Below are positions 18,194-26,622 of a stretch of DNA of 64,000 nucleotides, piece after piece. The notes below the pieces were generated by a model that was not told where the DNA came from, searched no databases, and was given only the letters and a program-made list of their open reading frames with translations. Numbering within the stretch: the stretch's first letter is position 1; the number at the start of each line of letters is the position of its first letter. Where the stretch lies: the NCBI GenBank assembly GCA_023898565.1, contig CP060228.1, forward strand, positions 432,594 through 496,593, written 5' to 3'. This stretch comes from Candidatus Nomurabacteria bacterium (GTDB lineage Bacteria; Patescibacteriota; Minisyncoccia; Phycocordibacterales; UBA918). The position numbers and the translations under genes are program-made.

Positions 18194-18598
18194 ATGAAAA
18201 AAGATTCATTACAATTTGAAGAATTCAAGGCACCTTCAGGTAGAGCTACTCCATTTGTAACTATAAACAGCACTGGAAGATTCTATCTTTCAACTGCTAC
18301 AGCTTCTATTTATGAGATAGATGATAAGAAGTATCCTGCTGTAAAGTTTTACTATGATAAGTTGCAAAAAGTAGTAGCTATAAAGCCGCTTACTGAGAAA
18401 GAAGAAGGTTCGTTAGCACTAAAAACTCCGAAATATGGTGGAGCGTTTGTTAATGGTGCGTCTTTTGCAAATAAGTATGGATTGATGAACGAAGGTGTTG
18501 TTTCATCAAACTATATCGGTAAGTATATTGTAGAGAAGACAAAGCTAGAGGGAATCGGCAATGTCTTGCTATTTGATTTGAGTAATAAGCATAAATAA
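18194..18598 (+). CDS. Hypothetical protein in a low-GC islet
   Basis: ATG at 18194 (track ORF begins with TTG at 18170). Region 18030-18760 is markedly AT-rich. No family recognised. Confidence 0.4.
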   Translation: MKKDSLQFEEFKAPSGRATPFVTINSTGRFYLSTATASIYEIDDKKYPAVKFYYDKLQKVVAIKPLTEKEEGSLALKTPKYGGAFVNGASFANKYGLMNEGVVSSNYIGKYIVEKTKLEGIGNVLLFDLSNKHK

Positions 18599-18696
18599 AA
18601 AATCCTTTGCTCTGTACTCGGGTGCGCAACAATTAACTTGTCTAGTTACCAACTAGTACTAAGCCAAAGTGCCGAGGACAGAGCAAAGGATTTTTT
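18597..18696. terminator. Long imperfect hairpin (about 25-bp stems), bidirectional terminator
   Basis: AAAAAATCCTTTGCTCTGTACTCGG ... CCGAGGACAGAGCAAAGGATTTTTT with an inner CTAGTT-ACCA-ACTAG hairpin. Confidence 0.5.
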
Positions 18697-18760
18697 AATA
18701 CCCTATGCTAATTATACATACGCGTCAATAGATTATTTGATTTTACACACAAATCAAATG

Positions 18761-19132
18761 TTACTCCCTCAAAATCTTTCCCATCTCCTTACCCTTCGCC
18801 AGTTCATCAATCAGCTTGTCTAAATAGCGGATTTCGCGCATGGTCTTCTCGGGGACGTCTTCGACACGGACACCGCAAACAACGCCAGTGATGAGCTTGC
18901 GCTTGGGATTTAGTTTTGGGGCGGTTTTGAAAAAGGTCTCAATGTCGGTGTCGATTTTGAGGAGTTTCCCGAGTGAGGCTTTGGTATGGCCGGTTAGCCA
19001 GCAGATGATTTTATCCACTTCGGCCTTGGTGCGACCTTTTCGCTCAGCTTTAGCGACGTAGGCTGGATATACGCCAGCAAAGCTCATGGTGTAGATGCGG
19101 GGCTTTTTCTGATTGCTTTGCTTGCTGCTCAT
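18761..19132 (-). CDS. Hypothetical protein, DUF2200-like
   Basis: [36 protein letters not shown]...GVVCGVRVE...[15 protein letters not shown] resembles DUF2200 proteins as I recall them. Confidence 0.45.
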   Translation of the reverse strand: MSSKQSNQKKPRIYTMSFAGVYPAYVAKAERKGRTKAEVDKIICWLTGHTKASLGKLLKIDTDIETFFKTAPKLNPKRKLITGVVCGVRVEDVPEKTMREIRYLDKLIDELAKGKEMGKILRE

Positions 19133-19163
19133 ATGACTCTACTCTATCAAGAAAAGGGGGTGG

Positions 19164-19619
19164 ATGCTAAGATGCACTCATATGGAAATGAAAACACTTA
19201 TATACAACATCGATATCAATGTGCCGGTAGAAAAGGTGTGGCGAACGATGTTGGAGAAGGATACGTATGAGATGTGGACCACGGAATTTACGCCTGGTTC
19301 AACCTACGAAGGGAGCTGGGAAGGGGGAAGCGAGATTCGGTTTGTCGATCCAGCAGGGAATGGAATGACTTCCGAAATTGCCGAGAATCGCCTGCATGAG
19401 TACATTTCGATTCGACACTTGGGAATGATTGTGAAAGGTGAGACGGAGTATGAAGGTGCGACTGAGTGGGCGCCATCGTACGAAAACTACACCTTTACCG
19501 AAGCTGATGGTGTGACGACGGTGAAAATTGAGATGCAGAGCATGCCCGATTACGAAGCAATGTTTAATGATATGTGGCCGCGAGCGCTTATGAAGCTCAA
19601 GGAGATTTGTGAGCGGTAA
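19164..19619 (+). CDS. SRPBCC-superfamily (AHSA1/polyketide-cyclase-like) protein
   Basis: About 145 aa with VPVEKVWRTMLEKDTYEMW... typical of the Bet v1-like/AHSA1 fold. Start may be ATG 19182 or 19188. Confidence 0.5.
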   Translation: MLRCTHMEMKTLIYNIDINVPVEKVWRTMLEKDTYEMWTTEFTPGSTYEGSWEGGSEIRFVDPAGNGMTSEIAENRLHEYISIRHLGMIVKGETEYEGATEWAPSYENYTFTEADGVTTVKIEMQSMPDYEAMFNDMWPRALMKLKEICER

Positions 19620-19634
19620 AAAGTGACGAGCAAA

Positions 19635-19682
19635 GTGAAGCAATAGGCCGGCAGTCGAAGACTGCCGGCCTATTGCTTCACT
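19635..19682. terminator. 22-bp-stem bidirectional terminator
   Basis: GTGAAGCAATAGGCCGGCAGTC-GAAG-GACTGCCGGCCTATTGCTTCAC between convergent genes. Confidence 0.7.
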
Positions 19683-20304
19683 ATATTTTCCTGGCCAGCA
19701 AGAACGCAGTGGTATTTAGCAGCGGTGTGCCGTCTTCACGCCTTTTGAGTGCGGCAGTCTCCTTCTCAGTATATTCAAGCAATTGCCAGTCTTCGGCAGG
19801 GAACATGGTACGTAGCTCGTTTGAGTCCGGATAAAATGTGCTGGCAGTTGGGTCATTGCGGTAGAAGTCGCCCTCTTTAGTAAAAGTGGTAATGAGTACC
19901 AGCCCGTTTGGTTTGGTGTGTGCTTGGATGTCTGTGATGAGATTTGTGGCAGCGGTGGTATCAATAAGGTGGAGAACGTACGTCATAATAATCACATCGT
20001 AGTCATCCTTGAGGCCAAGTTTTGTGATGTCTCCGACGATGGCAGTAATCGGCAGGTTATCTGCTGCCGCGTCAGTGATTGCTCTCTGTAGACCAACGGT
20101 TGAGATGTCGACGACCGTAACTGCAAATCCATGGCGGGCGAGAAATAGAGCGTTTCTGCCTGGGCCACTGCCGATATCAAGCACGGCACCTTCAGTGATT
20201 AGCTCGGGTACGCGACGCACGAATGGTAACGGATTGGTTCCAGCAAAACCAGTGTGGTGGCTTTTGTATAAATGATCGTAGTGTTTACTAAGCTTGTCCG
20301 ACAT
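19681..20304 (-). CDS. TehB-like SAM-dependent methyltransferase
   Basis: MSDKLSKHYDHLY..., VLDIGSGPGRNALFLARHGFAVTVVD (SAM-binding motif I), and overall colinearity with tellurite-resistance TehB. Start at the internal ATG. Confidence 0.6.
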   Translation of the reverse strand: MSDKLSKHYDHLYKSHHTGFAGTNPLPFVRRVPELITEGAVLDIGSGPGRNALFLARHGFAVTVVDISTVGLQRAITDAAADNLPITAIVGDITKLGLKDDYDVIIMTYVLHLIDTTAATNLITDIQAHTKPNGLVLITTFTKEGDFYRNDPTASTFYPDSNELRTMFPAEDWQLLEYTEKETAALKRREDGTPLLNTTAFLLARKI

Positions 20305-20380
20305 GTGTGTAGTGTGCCACGGAAGTGTTGTTGGATACAAATTTAGTCGCTGGCATGGTGATTTGTCAGACACTTTCTGA

Positions 20381-20419
20381 CAAAAGAAAAACCCGAATGC
20401 GATGTTTTGCATTCGGGTT
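20381..20419 (-). terminator. Minus-strand intrinsic terminator / attenuator in the tehB-like leader
   Basis: AACCCGAATGC-AAAACATC-GCATTCGGGTT on the minus strand followed by TTTTTCTTTTG. A second small hairpin TGTCAGA/TCTGACA lies between it and the start codon. Confidence 0.5.
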
Positions 20420-20420
20420 G

Positions 20421-20825
20421 GGGTTGGGTAGGAATTCTCTTACCGCATCACTCTTCCTGGTTCCATCCAAAAATCAGATGACCCTCAGATAGTACCTTCG
20501 GGGGACAACCCGAGGTATTCATTTGCTTAAACTGCAAGCAAGAAGAGCTAGCCACAAGCTTCGGTTCATCTTCACCGACAACTACGACAGGTGTGTGCAC
20601 AGATGATTGCTTCGAAGCCAAACTGCAGGCTACGAAGGTCGTATTGTTACCTTAGCTGTGTGTCCGGGTTTTTCATCCCTCTTGGCGCCAGTAGCAGCCG
20701 CGTACGCCGTTCCAAGAACTCCTAATTCCAAATATAGCGAAAATGAGAATTTATGCAAGCGGTTCGTTTCGTTAATTTCCATGTACCGTGTGTGGCATGT
20801 CATTCTGGTAGAAGTTGGAGAAAAG
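20421..20825 (-). other. Unannotated ~400-nt terminator-bounded non-coding region (candidate ncRNA or long structured leader)
   Basis: No credible ORF on either strand. Bounded by minus-strand terminators at 20829-20849 and 20381-20419. Confidence 0.3.
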
Positions 20826-20828
20826 AAA

Positions 20829-20849
20829 TGGCCCGCGCGAAGCGCGGGC
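20829..20849 (-). terminator. Terminator of the 82-aa gene
   Basis: GGCCCGCGC-GAA-GCGCGGGCC with a T-run on the minus strand. Confidence 0.6.
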
Positions 20850-20858
20850 CATGTTTGA

Positions 20859-21107
20859 TTAGCTGTAGTCAACGATCACGCGATCAATGACTTTGTTCCC
20901 GCCACCGACTTTGCATTCACCGATGCGGAGTTCGTACCCGAGGTATTCCAGCATCTTGGCAATGCCCGGCAGAGCAGCAAAAGCATGTTGGTTACTCTGG
21001 TTCGGATGACCGGGGACACAGAATTCTTCGCTTCGTGCCCCTGTGGTGTGCTTGACGCCAGTAAGATCAATGCCGGCATCAGTGAGTTTGGCGACAATGG
21101 ACGACAT
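20859..21107 (-). CDS. Small hypothetical protein
   Basis: AAGGAG RBS 6 nt upstream of ATG (MSSIVAKL...). 82 aa. Confidence 0.4.
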   Translation of the reverse strand: MSSIVAKLTDAGIDLTGVKHTTGARSEEFCVPGHPNQSNQHAFAALPGIAKMLEYLGYELRIGECKVGGGNKVIDRVIVDYS

Positions 21108-21167
21108 GATGTGCTCCTTGTACAGATAAACCAGCAATTATAGTACTGCGCTGGCGAGAAAAAGCAA

Positions 21168-21926
21168 CTATTCTGCGGTGCTGCGTGGTGTGTAGTTGGT
21201 GTTTGCTAAGACAGTCTCAATCTCTTCCGTGGTCATGTTGCTAAATACAAATTGAAACGGTTGTTGGTGATTATTTTTCTCGAAGATGAGTGCTGTGGCT
21301 GTACTGCCAGCGTAGAGTAGGTACCCAATAAACGTATCATTGAGTTCAAGAGAAACAATCCGCGAAGTTTCGGCGTCAACGTACTCATGCTTCATAAGCA
21401 GGTACATTGCAGTGCGTATTTTTGTTTCTTGGCTTGAGAAAAGTCCGGCATCCTCAGCAGTGACCAAGAGCGTGTTGCTGAGAAACAAATAATTGTCATC
21501 ACAGTGAAATGTCTGCGTCATGCGTGTGCCGCAGACAATATGTACTTCAGTGTTGGTGCGACGTTGGTCAATCTGAAACTCGTGCGCCAGTTTGGCTCCT
21601 CGCCACAAGGAGTACGCTTTAGTGGTGGAGGTGTCTACCATCGCCAATACGGTGCTGGAGTCTTCTTTAATTCTTCCGCTTGAAAAAATGAGCGGCACGG
21701 TGAGGTCGTAGAAGTAGTACTGTTCGTACGAGGCGTCGGTGTCGCTATGGAGTGTGCGGACAGCTTCTTGCGGTGTAATTGCTATGGCTGCTGTGTCTTG
21801 CACTTCACCTGCTACTTTATACCAAAAAATCGTGGTGATAATCTGCTGTTTCAGTAGTACTGCAGCCAGCAGCAATACACTGAGACCGACGAGGAGTTGC
21901 AGAAAGGAGTTTTTCATATCGAGCAT
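21168..21926 (-). CDS. Hypothetical membrane-anchored protein
   Basis: N-terminal TM helix FLQLLVGLSVLLLAAVLL, then a soluble domain. No family recognised. Confidence 0.4.
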   Translation of the reverse strand: MLDMKNSFLQLLVGLSVLLLAAVLLKQQIITTIFWYKVAGEVQDTAAIAITPQEAVRTLHSDTDASYEQYYFYDLTVPLIFSSGRIKEDSSTVLAMVDTSTTKAYSLWRGAKLAHEFQIDQRRTNTEVHIVCGTRMTQTFHCDDNYLFLSNTLLVTAEDAGLFSSQETKIRTAMYLLMKHEYVDAETSRIVSLELNDTFIGYLLYAGSTATALIFEKNNHQQPFQFVFSNMTTEEIETVLANTNYTPRSTAE

Positions 21927-21967
21927 AGTATCATGTTACAATTAGAATTATTTTCTAAGCAAGCTTT

Positions 21968-22357
21968 ATGAACGAATCATTTCCAACCAATAATGCAAAA
22001 CTCGACGGAGCTGATGAGTTTGAGGTAGCGGCTGGTAAGGAGGGTTTTGACCGCGAAGCAGAGTGGGAGAAGGCCGCCGCAGAGCTGCAGACATTGCTCG
22101 ATAGCACCAAGCTTGACGAAACTGTGCCCGCCGAGTATGAACTGGTTGCTAAGCTAGAGCAGTTGCTGGCCAATGATTTAAATCCTGAGGTGAATCCTGA
22201 AGTGGATAATAGCAAGCGGTTTGTGGTTATGGCTGCTTCGTCATTGCTAGATAAAGCACTTCGTGAAGACATGAGCCAGAGGCAGTTTGAAAAGTGGAGT
22301 CTCTATAAAATGAAACGTAAAGCAAAAATGATGGGCGTAACCGGTATTGCTGAGTAG
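21968..22357 (+). CDS. Hypothetical acidic protein
   Basis: 129 aa, Glu/Asp/Ala-rich. Confidence 0.35.
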   Translation: MNESFPTNNAKLDGADEFEVAAGKEGFDREAEWEKAAAELQTLLDSTKLDETVPAEYELVAKLEQLLANDLNPEVNPEVDNSKRFVVMAASSLLDKALREDMSQRQFEKWSLYKMKRKAKMMGVTGIAE

Positions 22358-22385
22358 CGCATCATTTTTAGCTCCTTTGTTCCTT

Positions 22386-23444
22386 ATGACCTTTGATTTT
22401 GATAGCGAAATAAAACAACATCTCGATGTGGTTCGCAGCTTGCAGAAGCCGTCGGGTGTGTTTACTGCCTCAGCTTTTGACGTCGATACTGGCTACGATA
22501 AAGCCTGGCTTCGTGATATCTACTTCATGACTATGGGCTTTCTTGAGACAGGAGAAATCACCGTAGTGCAAAAGGCGGCCAAGGCCCTCCTGCAACTCTT
22601 TGTGAAGCATAAGGACAAGATTAATTGGGCAATCGAGAATAAACCGCATTACGCGTGGCAGTACATTCATGCCCGCTTCCATCCAGAGACGTTTGAAGAA
22701 TACTGGGAGGAGTGGGGGAATAGCCAGAATGATGCTGTCGGTGAGGTGTTGAATTTGCTTATTACACTCGAACAACTCGGCGCATCGGTGATTGAGTCTG
22801 ATGATGAGCGAGAGATGGTGCAGAAGATTATCGATTACTTGGTGAATCTTGAGTATTGGCAGGATGATGATAACGGTATTTGGGAAGAAAATATGGAAGT
22901 GCACGCATCATCGATTGGATCATGTATTGCTGCTCTTAAGAAGGCGAGCGAAATTGAGTGGCTTACAGTACCAGCGCTTGCGATTGAACGTGGTGAGCAG
23001 GCCCTGCGCGCACTGCTACCGCGAGAGTCAGTGACGAAGTTTTGCGACCTTGCCCTTCTGACACTCATATATCCGTTTAATGTCACCACTGAAGCGGAGA
23101 CGGTGGAAATTCTCAAGAATGTTGAGTATCACCTGGTGCGTGATAAGGGAGTGATTCGCTACAAAACAGACCGTTACTACAACAACAATATTGACGGGTG
23201 GAGTGAAGAGGCTGAATGGTGTTTTGGTCTCTCGTGGCTCGCGATTATTTATGCCGAGCGCGGAGAAAAAGAAAAAGCATACTACTGGCTTCGTCGCGCA
23301 AAGGGCGCGGTTACGCCAGAAGGTACTGTGCCAGAGCTCTACTATTCAAATACCACTACCTATAATCACAACACACCATTGGGTTGGTCCGAAAGTATGT
23401 ATGTAGTCGCGCTACAGAAAGTGAAGGAATTGGATGAGAAGTAA
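22386..23444 (+). CDS. Glycoside hydrolase family 15-like protein (glucoamylase/glucodextranase/trehalase-like alpha/alpha6 barrel)
   Basis: AWLRDIYF, GIWEENMEVHAS (W-E-E catalytic-acid block) and GTVPELY blocks. ATG 22386 preferred over the overlapping upstream start. Confidence 0.55.
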   Translation: MTFDFDSEIKQHLDVVRSLQKPSGVFTASAFDVDTGYDKAWLRDIYFMTMGFLETGEITVVQKAAKALLQLFVKHKDKINWAIENKPHYAWQYIHARFHPETFEEYWEEWGNSQNDAVGEVLNLLITLEQLGASVIESDDEREMVQKIIDYLVNLEYWQDDDNGIWEENMEVHASSIGSCIAALKKASEIEWLTVPALAIERGEQALRALLPRESVTKFCDLALLTLIYPFNVTTEAETVEILKNVEYHLVRDKGVIRYKTDRYYNNNIDGWSEEAEWCFGLSWLAIIYAERGEKEKAYYWLRRAKGAVTPEGTVPELYYSNTTTYNHNTPLGWSESMYVVALQKVKELDEK

Positions 23445-23487
23445 ACACAACAGGCGCGCGAGCCGAAGGCTCGCGCGCCTGCTGTGT
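23445..23487. terminator. Bidirectional terminator, ~20-bp stem
   Basis: ACACAACAGGCGCGCGAGCC-GAAG-GGCTCGCGCGCCTGCTGTGTTTT. Confidence 0.7.
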
Positions 23488-23488
23488 T

Positions 23489-24220
23489 TTATTCCAACGC
23501 TTTAATTTTAAATTGAGTCAAAAAATCGTCATCCACGGCCGGGGAAAAAGCAATCGCTGCACCGCCTTTTAGTTGGTGCGGTAGCGCTTCTACGGTCGCT
23601 TCGGACTTGATTCTCTTCAGATTTGCCTTGCTGCTGCTGTAGAGCTTGGTGAGTGGTTCTTCCAGGCACCAGGCAGCAGTATCGGGGTGCAAGCGGTAGG
23701 CGTCACCAGCAGCAAGGCGAAGTTCATCGGCAATCACAGAATGTGCAAGCTCAAGAGAAAGGGATACAAGTTGTCTTTGTGAATGAGTTTTCAGCCAGGT
23801 GTCGTCGATAACGATAGATAGGTGAGATTTTTGCTTTTTCTTCTTTTGAATTAATCCAAGAGTGGGACCAATGATAGCAATACCAACAATACCAAGTACC
23901 ACATCTTGGGGTGACTCAAACTCCAACGCGTAGGTGGCAAGCATTCCTTTGGTGTAGATAGCATCTGGTCGTCGATCAAGCTCAGTAAGTAGCCAGTGAG
24001 CATTCTGCACTGCTGCCGTTCGATCTTTCGGCCAGAGGTAGATAGATGTTCGCGGGGTAATGTCAATTTCGGTGTGTCGCCAGTTTCGCTCACGCACATG
24101 AGTCGCAAGAGATTCTGCGAAGGCTTCATCGCTGGCGGCGTATGAGACAAGGGCGCTGGCGTGGCTAAGGAGCCAATTATCAGTGGCATTCAGGGTTCGT
24201 GGTTTTTTGGTGTCTTGCAT
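23489..24220 (-). CDS. Hypothetical protein
   Basis: 243 aa from ATG (MQDTKKPRTL). No family recognised. Confidence 0.35.
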   Translation of the reverse strand: MQDTKKPRTLNATDNWLLSHASALVSYAASDEAFAESLATHVRERNWRHTEIDITPRTSIYLWPKDRTAAVQNAHWLLTELDRRPDAIYTKGMLATYALEFESPQDVVLGIVGIAIIGPTLGLIQKKKKQKSHLSIVIDDTWLKTHSQRQLVSLSLELAHSVIADELRLAAGDAYRLHPDTAAWCLEEPLTKLYSSSKANLKRIKSEATVEALPHQLKGGAAIAFSPAVDDDFLTQFKIKALE

Positions 24221-24307
24221 AATAATGAGCAAAATTAGACCACTAATACTATTATTATAGTCCCGTGACCCCAACTGTCTACCGGTAGAGGGTGATATAC
24301 TTTTAGT

Positions 24308-24385
24308 ATGAAATTTCTAAATATTGCCATCTACGTGTTTTTGGGAATTGCGATTTTGGCGGCGTTTGCTCAAATGATGATGTAG
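24308..24385 (+). CDS. Candidate 25-aa hydrophobic micro-protein
   Basis: MKFLNIAIYVFLGIAILAAFAQMMM. Below the ORF-track cut-off. Its stop is followed directly by its own terminator. Confidence 0.25.
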   Translation: MKFLNIAIYVFLGIAILAAFAQMMM

Positions 24386-24388
24386 GTA

Positions 24389-24418
24389 AAAGCGCCCGCT
24401 TCGCGGGCGCTTTTATAT
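24389..24418. terminator. Terminator
   Basis: AAAAGCGCCCGC-TTCG-CGGGCGCTTTT. Confidence 0.6.
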
Positions 24419-24453
24419 TGTTTCATGGCTTGGAGTCGTGTATGGTATAGGCC

Positions 24454-25941
24454 ATGTCAAGAAATGATGGACTTATAGTTTTTAAGGATGTGTCGTTTGA
24501 GCACGATGCGACCAAGCCGATTCTTAAAGCGGCTAATTTTGTGGTGCGCCGTGGCGCCAAGCTCACGCTCATGGGGCAAAATGGAGCTGGAAAATCAACC
24601 ATTTTCGGTATGATTTCCGGCAAGCTCCAGCCAGACGAGGGAGATATTAATTTGCAGCCGCGTACAACGATTGCGATTTCTCGTCAGATTATTCCCCGCA
24701 GTGAACTCGAGCTCACCGTTCGTGCGTTTTTCGAGAAGTGTTTTACGGAAAAGGTGTACGATATCGACCCGCGCATTGATGCGGTTCTGGAGATTGTAAA
24801 TCTTACTCCGACTGAAAAAGCAAAGGAGACATTTAAGGACCGCATTGTTGGGAGCTTCTCTGGCGGACAGCAGGCGCGTCTGCTTTTGGCGTCGGCGCTC
24901 ATTCAAAATCCTGACGTTCTCCTGCTCGACGAGCCAACCAACAATCTCGATGTAGCAGGTATCGAGCATCTCACTACGTTCCTTAAGGAATACAACAAAA
25001 CCGTGATTGTCATTTCTCACGATGCTGATTTCTTGAACTCATTTACCCAAGGCGTTCTTTATCTCAACACCCAGAATCGTCAGGTGGAACAATACAACGG
25101 CAACTACCATGCGGTAGTACGTGAGATTGCGGCGCGGGTAGAAAAGGAAAAGCGCCAGAATGCGCAGATGGCCAAGCAGATTCAGGCGGACAAAGACAAG
25201 ATCAACTACTTCGCCGCTAAGGGAGGAAAGATGCGCTTAGTTGCCAAGAAGATGCGCGCAGAGATTGAAGAGGCAGAAGAAAATAAAGTAGATGTGCGTC
25301 GTGAAGATAAGGCGATTCGTCCGTTTACGATTGATCCACACGCTGATATTCCACTTGAAGTACTCAAGCTTACTGAAGTCACCGTGATTAAAAATCATGA
25401 ACCTAAGCAAGCCGAGTGCGACATTATCTTGAAGCGCGGTGAACACTTGCAGATTGTTGGTCCAAACGGTATCGGCAAGACAACGCTCCTTGAAAGCTTG
25501 GCTGGTGGTCACGCCACTGGTGAGCATATTGCTCCGGGGGTAAAGATTGGCTACTACCGACAAGACTTCTCAAACCTCGATTTTGATAAGACGGTCTTTG
25601 AGACGCTCATGGCTTCGATGAAGAAAAAGCTCGAAGAAGAAATGCGTAGCATAGCCGCTGGCTTCCTTCTTTTTGGCGATGTGATGCGCAGCAAGGTGGG
25701 AGATCTCTCAGAAGGACAGAAGGGCTTGGTGGCATTTGCCAAACTCAAGATGGAAGAGCCAGGGCTCCTCATTCTCGACGAGCCAACCAACCATATCAAC
25801 TTCCGCCATATTCCAGTGATTGCTGAAGCGCTTCATGATTACAAAGGTGCAATGATTCTGGTGTCTCACGTGCCAGACTTTGTCGAAAAGATTCACATCG
25901 ATCAGGTGTTGGATTTGAGTAAGTTGAAACCGAAGAAGTGA
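24454..25941 (+). CDS. ABC-F family ATPase (two tandem ABC domains, no TM domain)
   Basis: Two Walker A motifs (GQNGAGKST, GPNGIGKTT) and two signature motifs (FSGGQQARL, LSEGQKGL). Two LLLDEPTN / LILDEPTN Walker B blocks. Confidence 0.8.
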   Translation: MSRNDGLIVFKDVSFEHDATKPILKAANFVVRRGAKLTLMGQNGAGKSTIFGMISGKLQPDEGDINLQPRTTIAISRQIIPRSELELTVRAFFEKCFTEKVYDIDPRIDAVLEIVNLTPTEKAKETFKDRIVGSFSGGQQARLLLASALIQNPDVLLLDEPTNNLDVAGIEHLTTFLKEYNKTVIVISHDADFLNSFTQGVLYLNTQNRQVEQYNGNYHAVVREIAARVEKEKRQNAQMAKQIQADKDKINYFAAKGGKMRLVAKKMRAEIEEAEENKVDVRREDKAIRPFTIDPHADIPLEVLKLTEVTVIKNHEPKQAECDIILKRGEHLQIVGPNGIGKTTLLESLAGGHATGEHIAPGVKIGYYRQDFSNLDFDKTVFETLMASMKKKLEEEMRSIAAGFLLFGDVMRSKVGDLSEGQKGLVAFAKLKMEEPGLLILDEPTNHINFRHIPVIAEALHDYKGAMILVSHVPDFVEKIHIDQVLDLSKLKPKK

Positions 25942-25952
25942 GATGAGATTAG

Positions 25953-25990
25953 AAAACCGGCGAATTCCCTTTGGGAATTCGCCGGTTTTC
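25953..25990 (+). terminator. Terminator
   Basis: AAAACCGGCGAATTCCC-TTT-GGGAATTCGCCGGTTTTC. Confidence 0.7.
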
Positions 25991-26046
25991 GTACAACTGC
26001 ACAGTGCGCTTTACAGTCGCGTGCTTGAGGTTCATACTGTGTACAT

Positions 26047-26229
26047 ATGAACTTGTGGGGTGAATACATTGCGTACCTAAAGGATAATCCGAAGGGGTAC
26101 TGGTTTAAGCGTAAGTTATATGGCTGGGGCTGGACGCCCGCTACACGCGCGCCCGCCGCCCGGTTTTCTTGGTTCATACTGAAGTCTGTGAGTCACGAAG
26201 CGCGGCACTCAAGCGTGAAGCGACAATAA
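26047..26229 (+). pseudogene. Possible truncated gene remnant
   Basis: N-terminal 35 aa (MNLWGEYIAYLKDNPKGYWFKRKLYGWGWTPAT) look protein-like. The remainder is a GC-rich low-complexity read-through. Confidence 0.2.
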
Positions 26230-26269
26230 AGAAGATGACTAAAGCTGAAAAGGAAGCCTTGCTGTTGGA

Positions 26270-26530
26270 CTAGTCGCTCAGTACTTGTTCAAATGATGAG
26301 GCGGTAATTGGTTGGTCTGCGAAAGTATTCACTATTGCCACGATAACACCACCAAACAGTGCAACTAATACCGTTGCGCCGATGACGGTGCCAAGTCCGT
26401 AAATCATACCGCGTACAAAAGCGTAGCGTAATGAATTTTGACGCTTAATTTGCGTTTCCAGCTTCTCAAGAATTTCAATTAAACCACTCGTGGTTTTTTC
26501 GGTTGGAGTGGAAGTGTCTATTGGTTCCAT
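26270..26530 (-). CDS. Small hypothetical membrane protein
   Basis: 86 aa with one TM helix (GLGTVIGATVLVALFGGVIVAIV). Confidence 0.35.
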   Translation of the reverse strand: MEPIDTSTPTEKTTSGLIEILEKLETQIKRQNSLRYAFVRGMIYGLGTVIGATVLVALFGGVIVAIVNTFADQPITASSFEQVLSD

Positions 26531-26622
26531 ACGTGTAAGTGTAGCATCTTACACTCAGCAATAGCTGTGAAGCATGTGCCAACACTCATATTATTTCCTA
26601 CACAGCGGGAGCCTGTAAGTAA

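Noticed and set aside
20421-20825. tmRNA / RNase P RNA / SRP RNA identity for the 400-nt non-coding region
   Set aside because: Could not find the tRNA-like 3' end (GGTTCGA...CCA), the P4 motifs GGAAAGTCCGGGC / ACAGAACCCGGCTTA, or the SRP domain IV motif on either strand. Left as an unassigned candidate.
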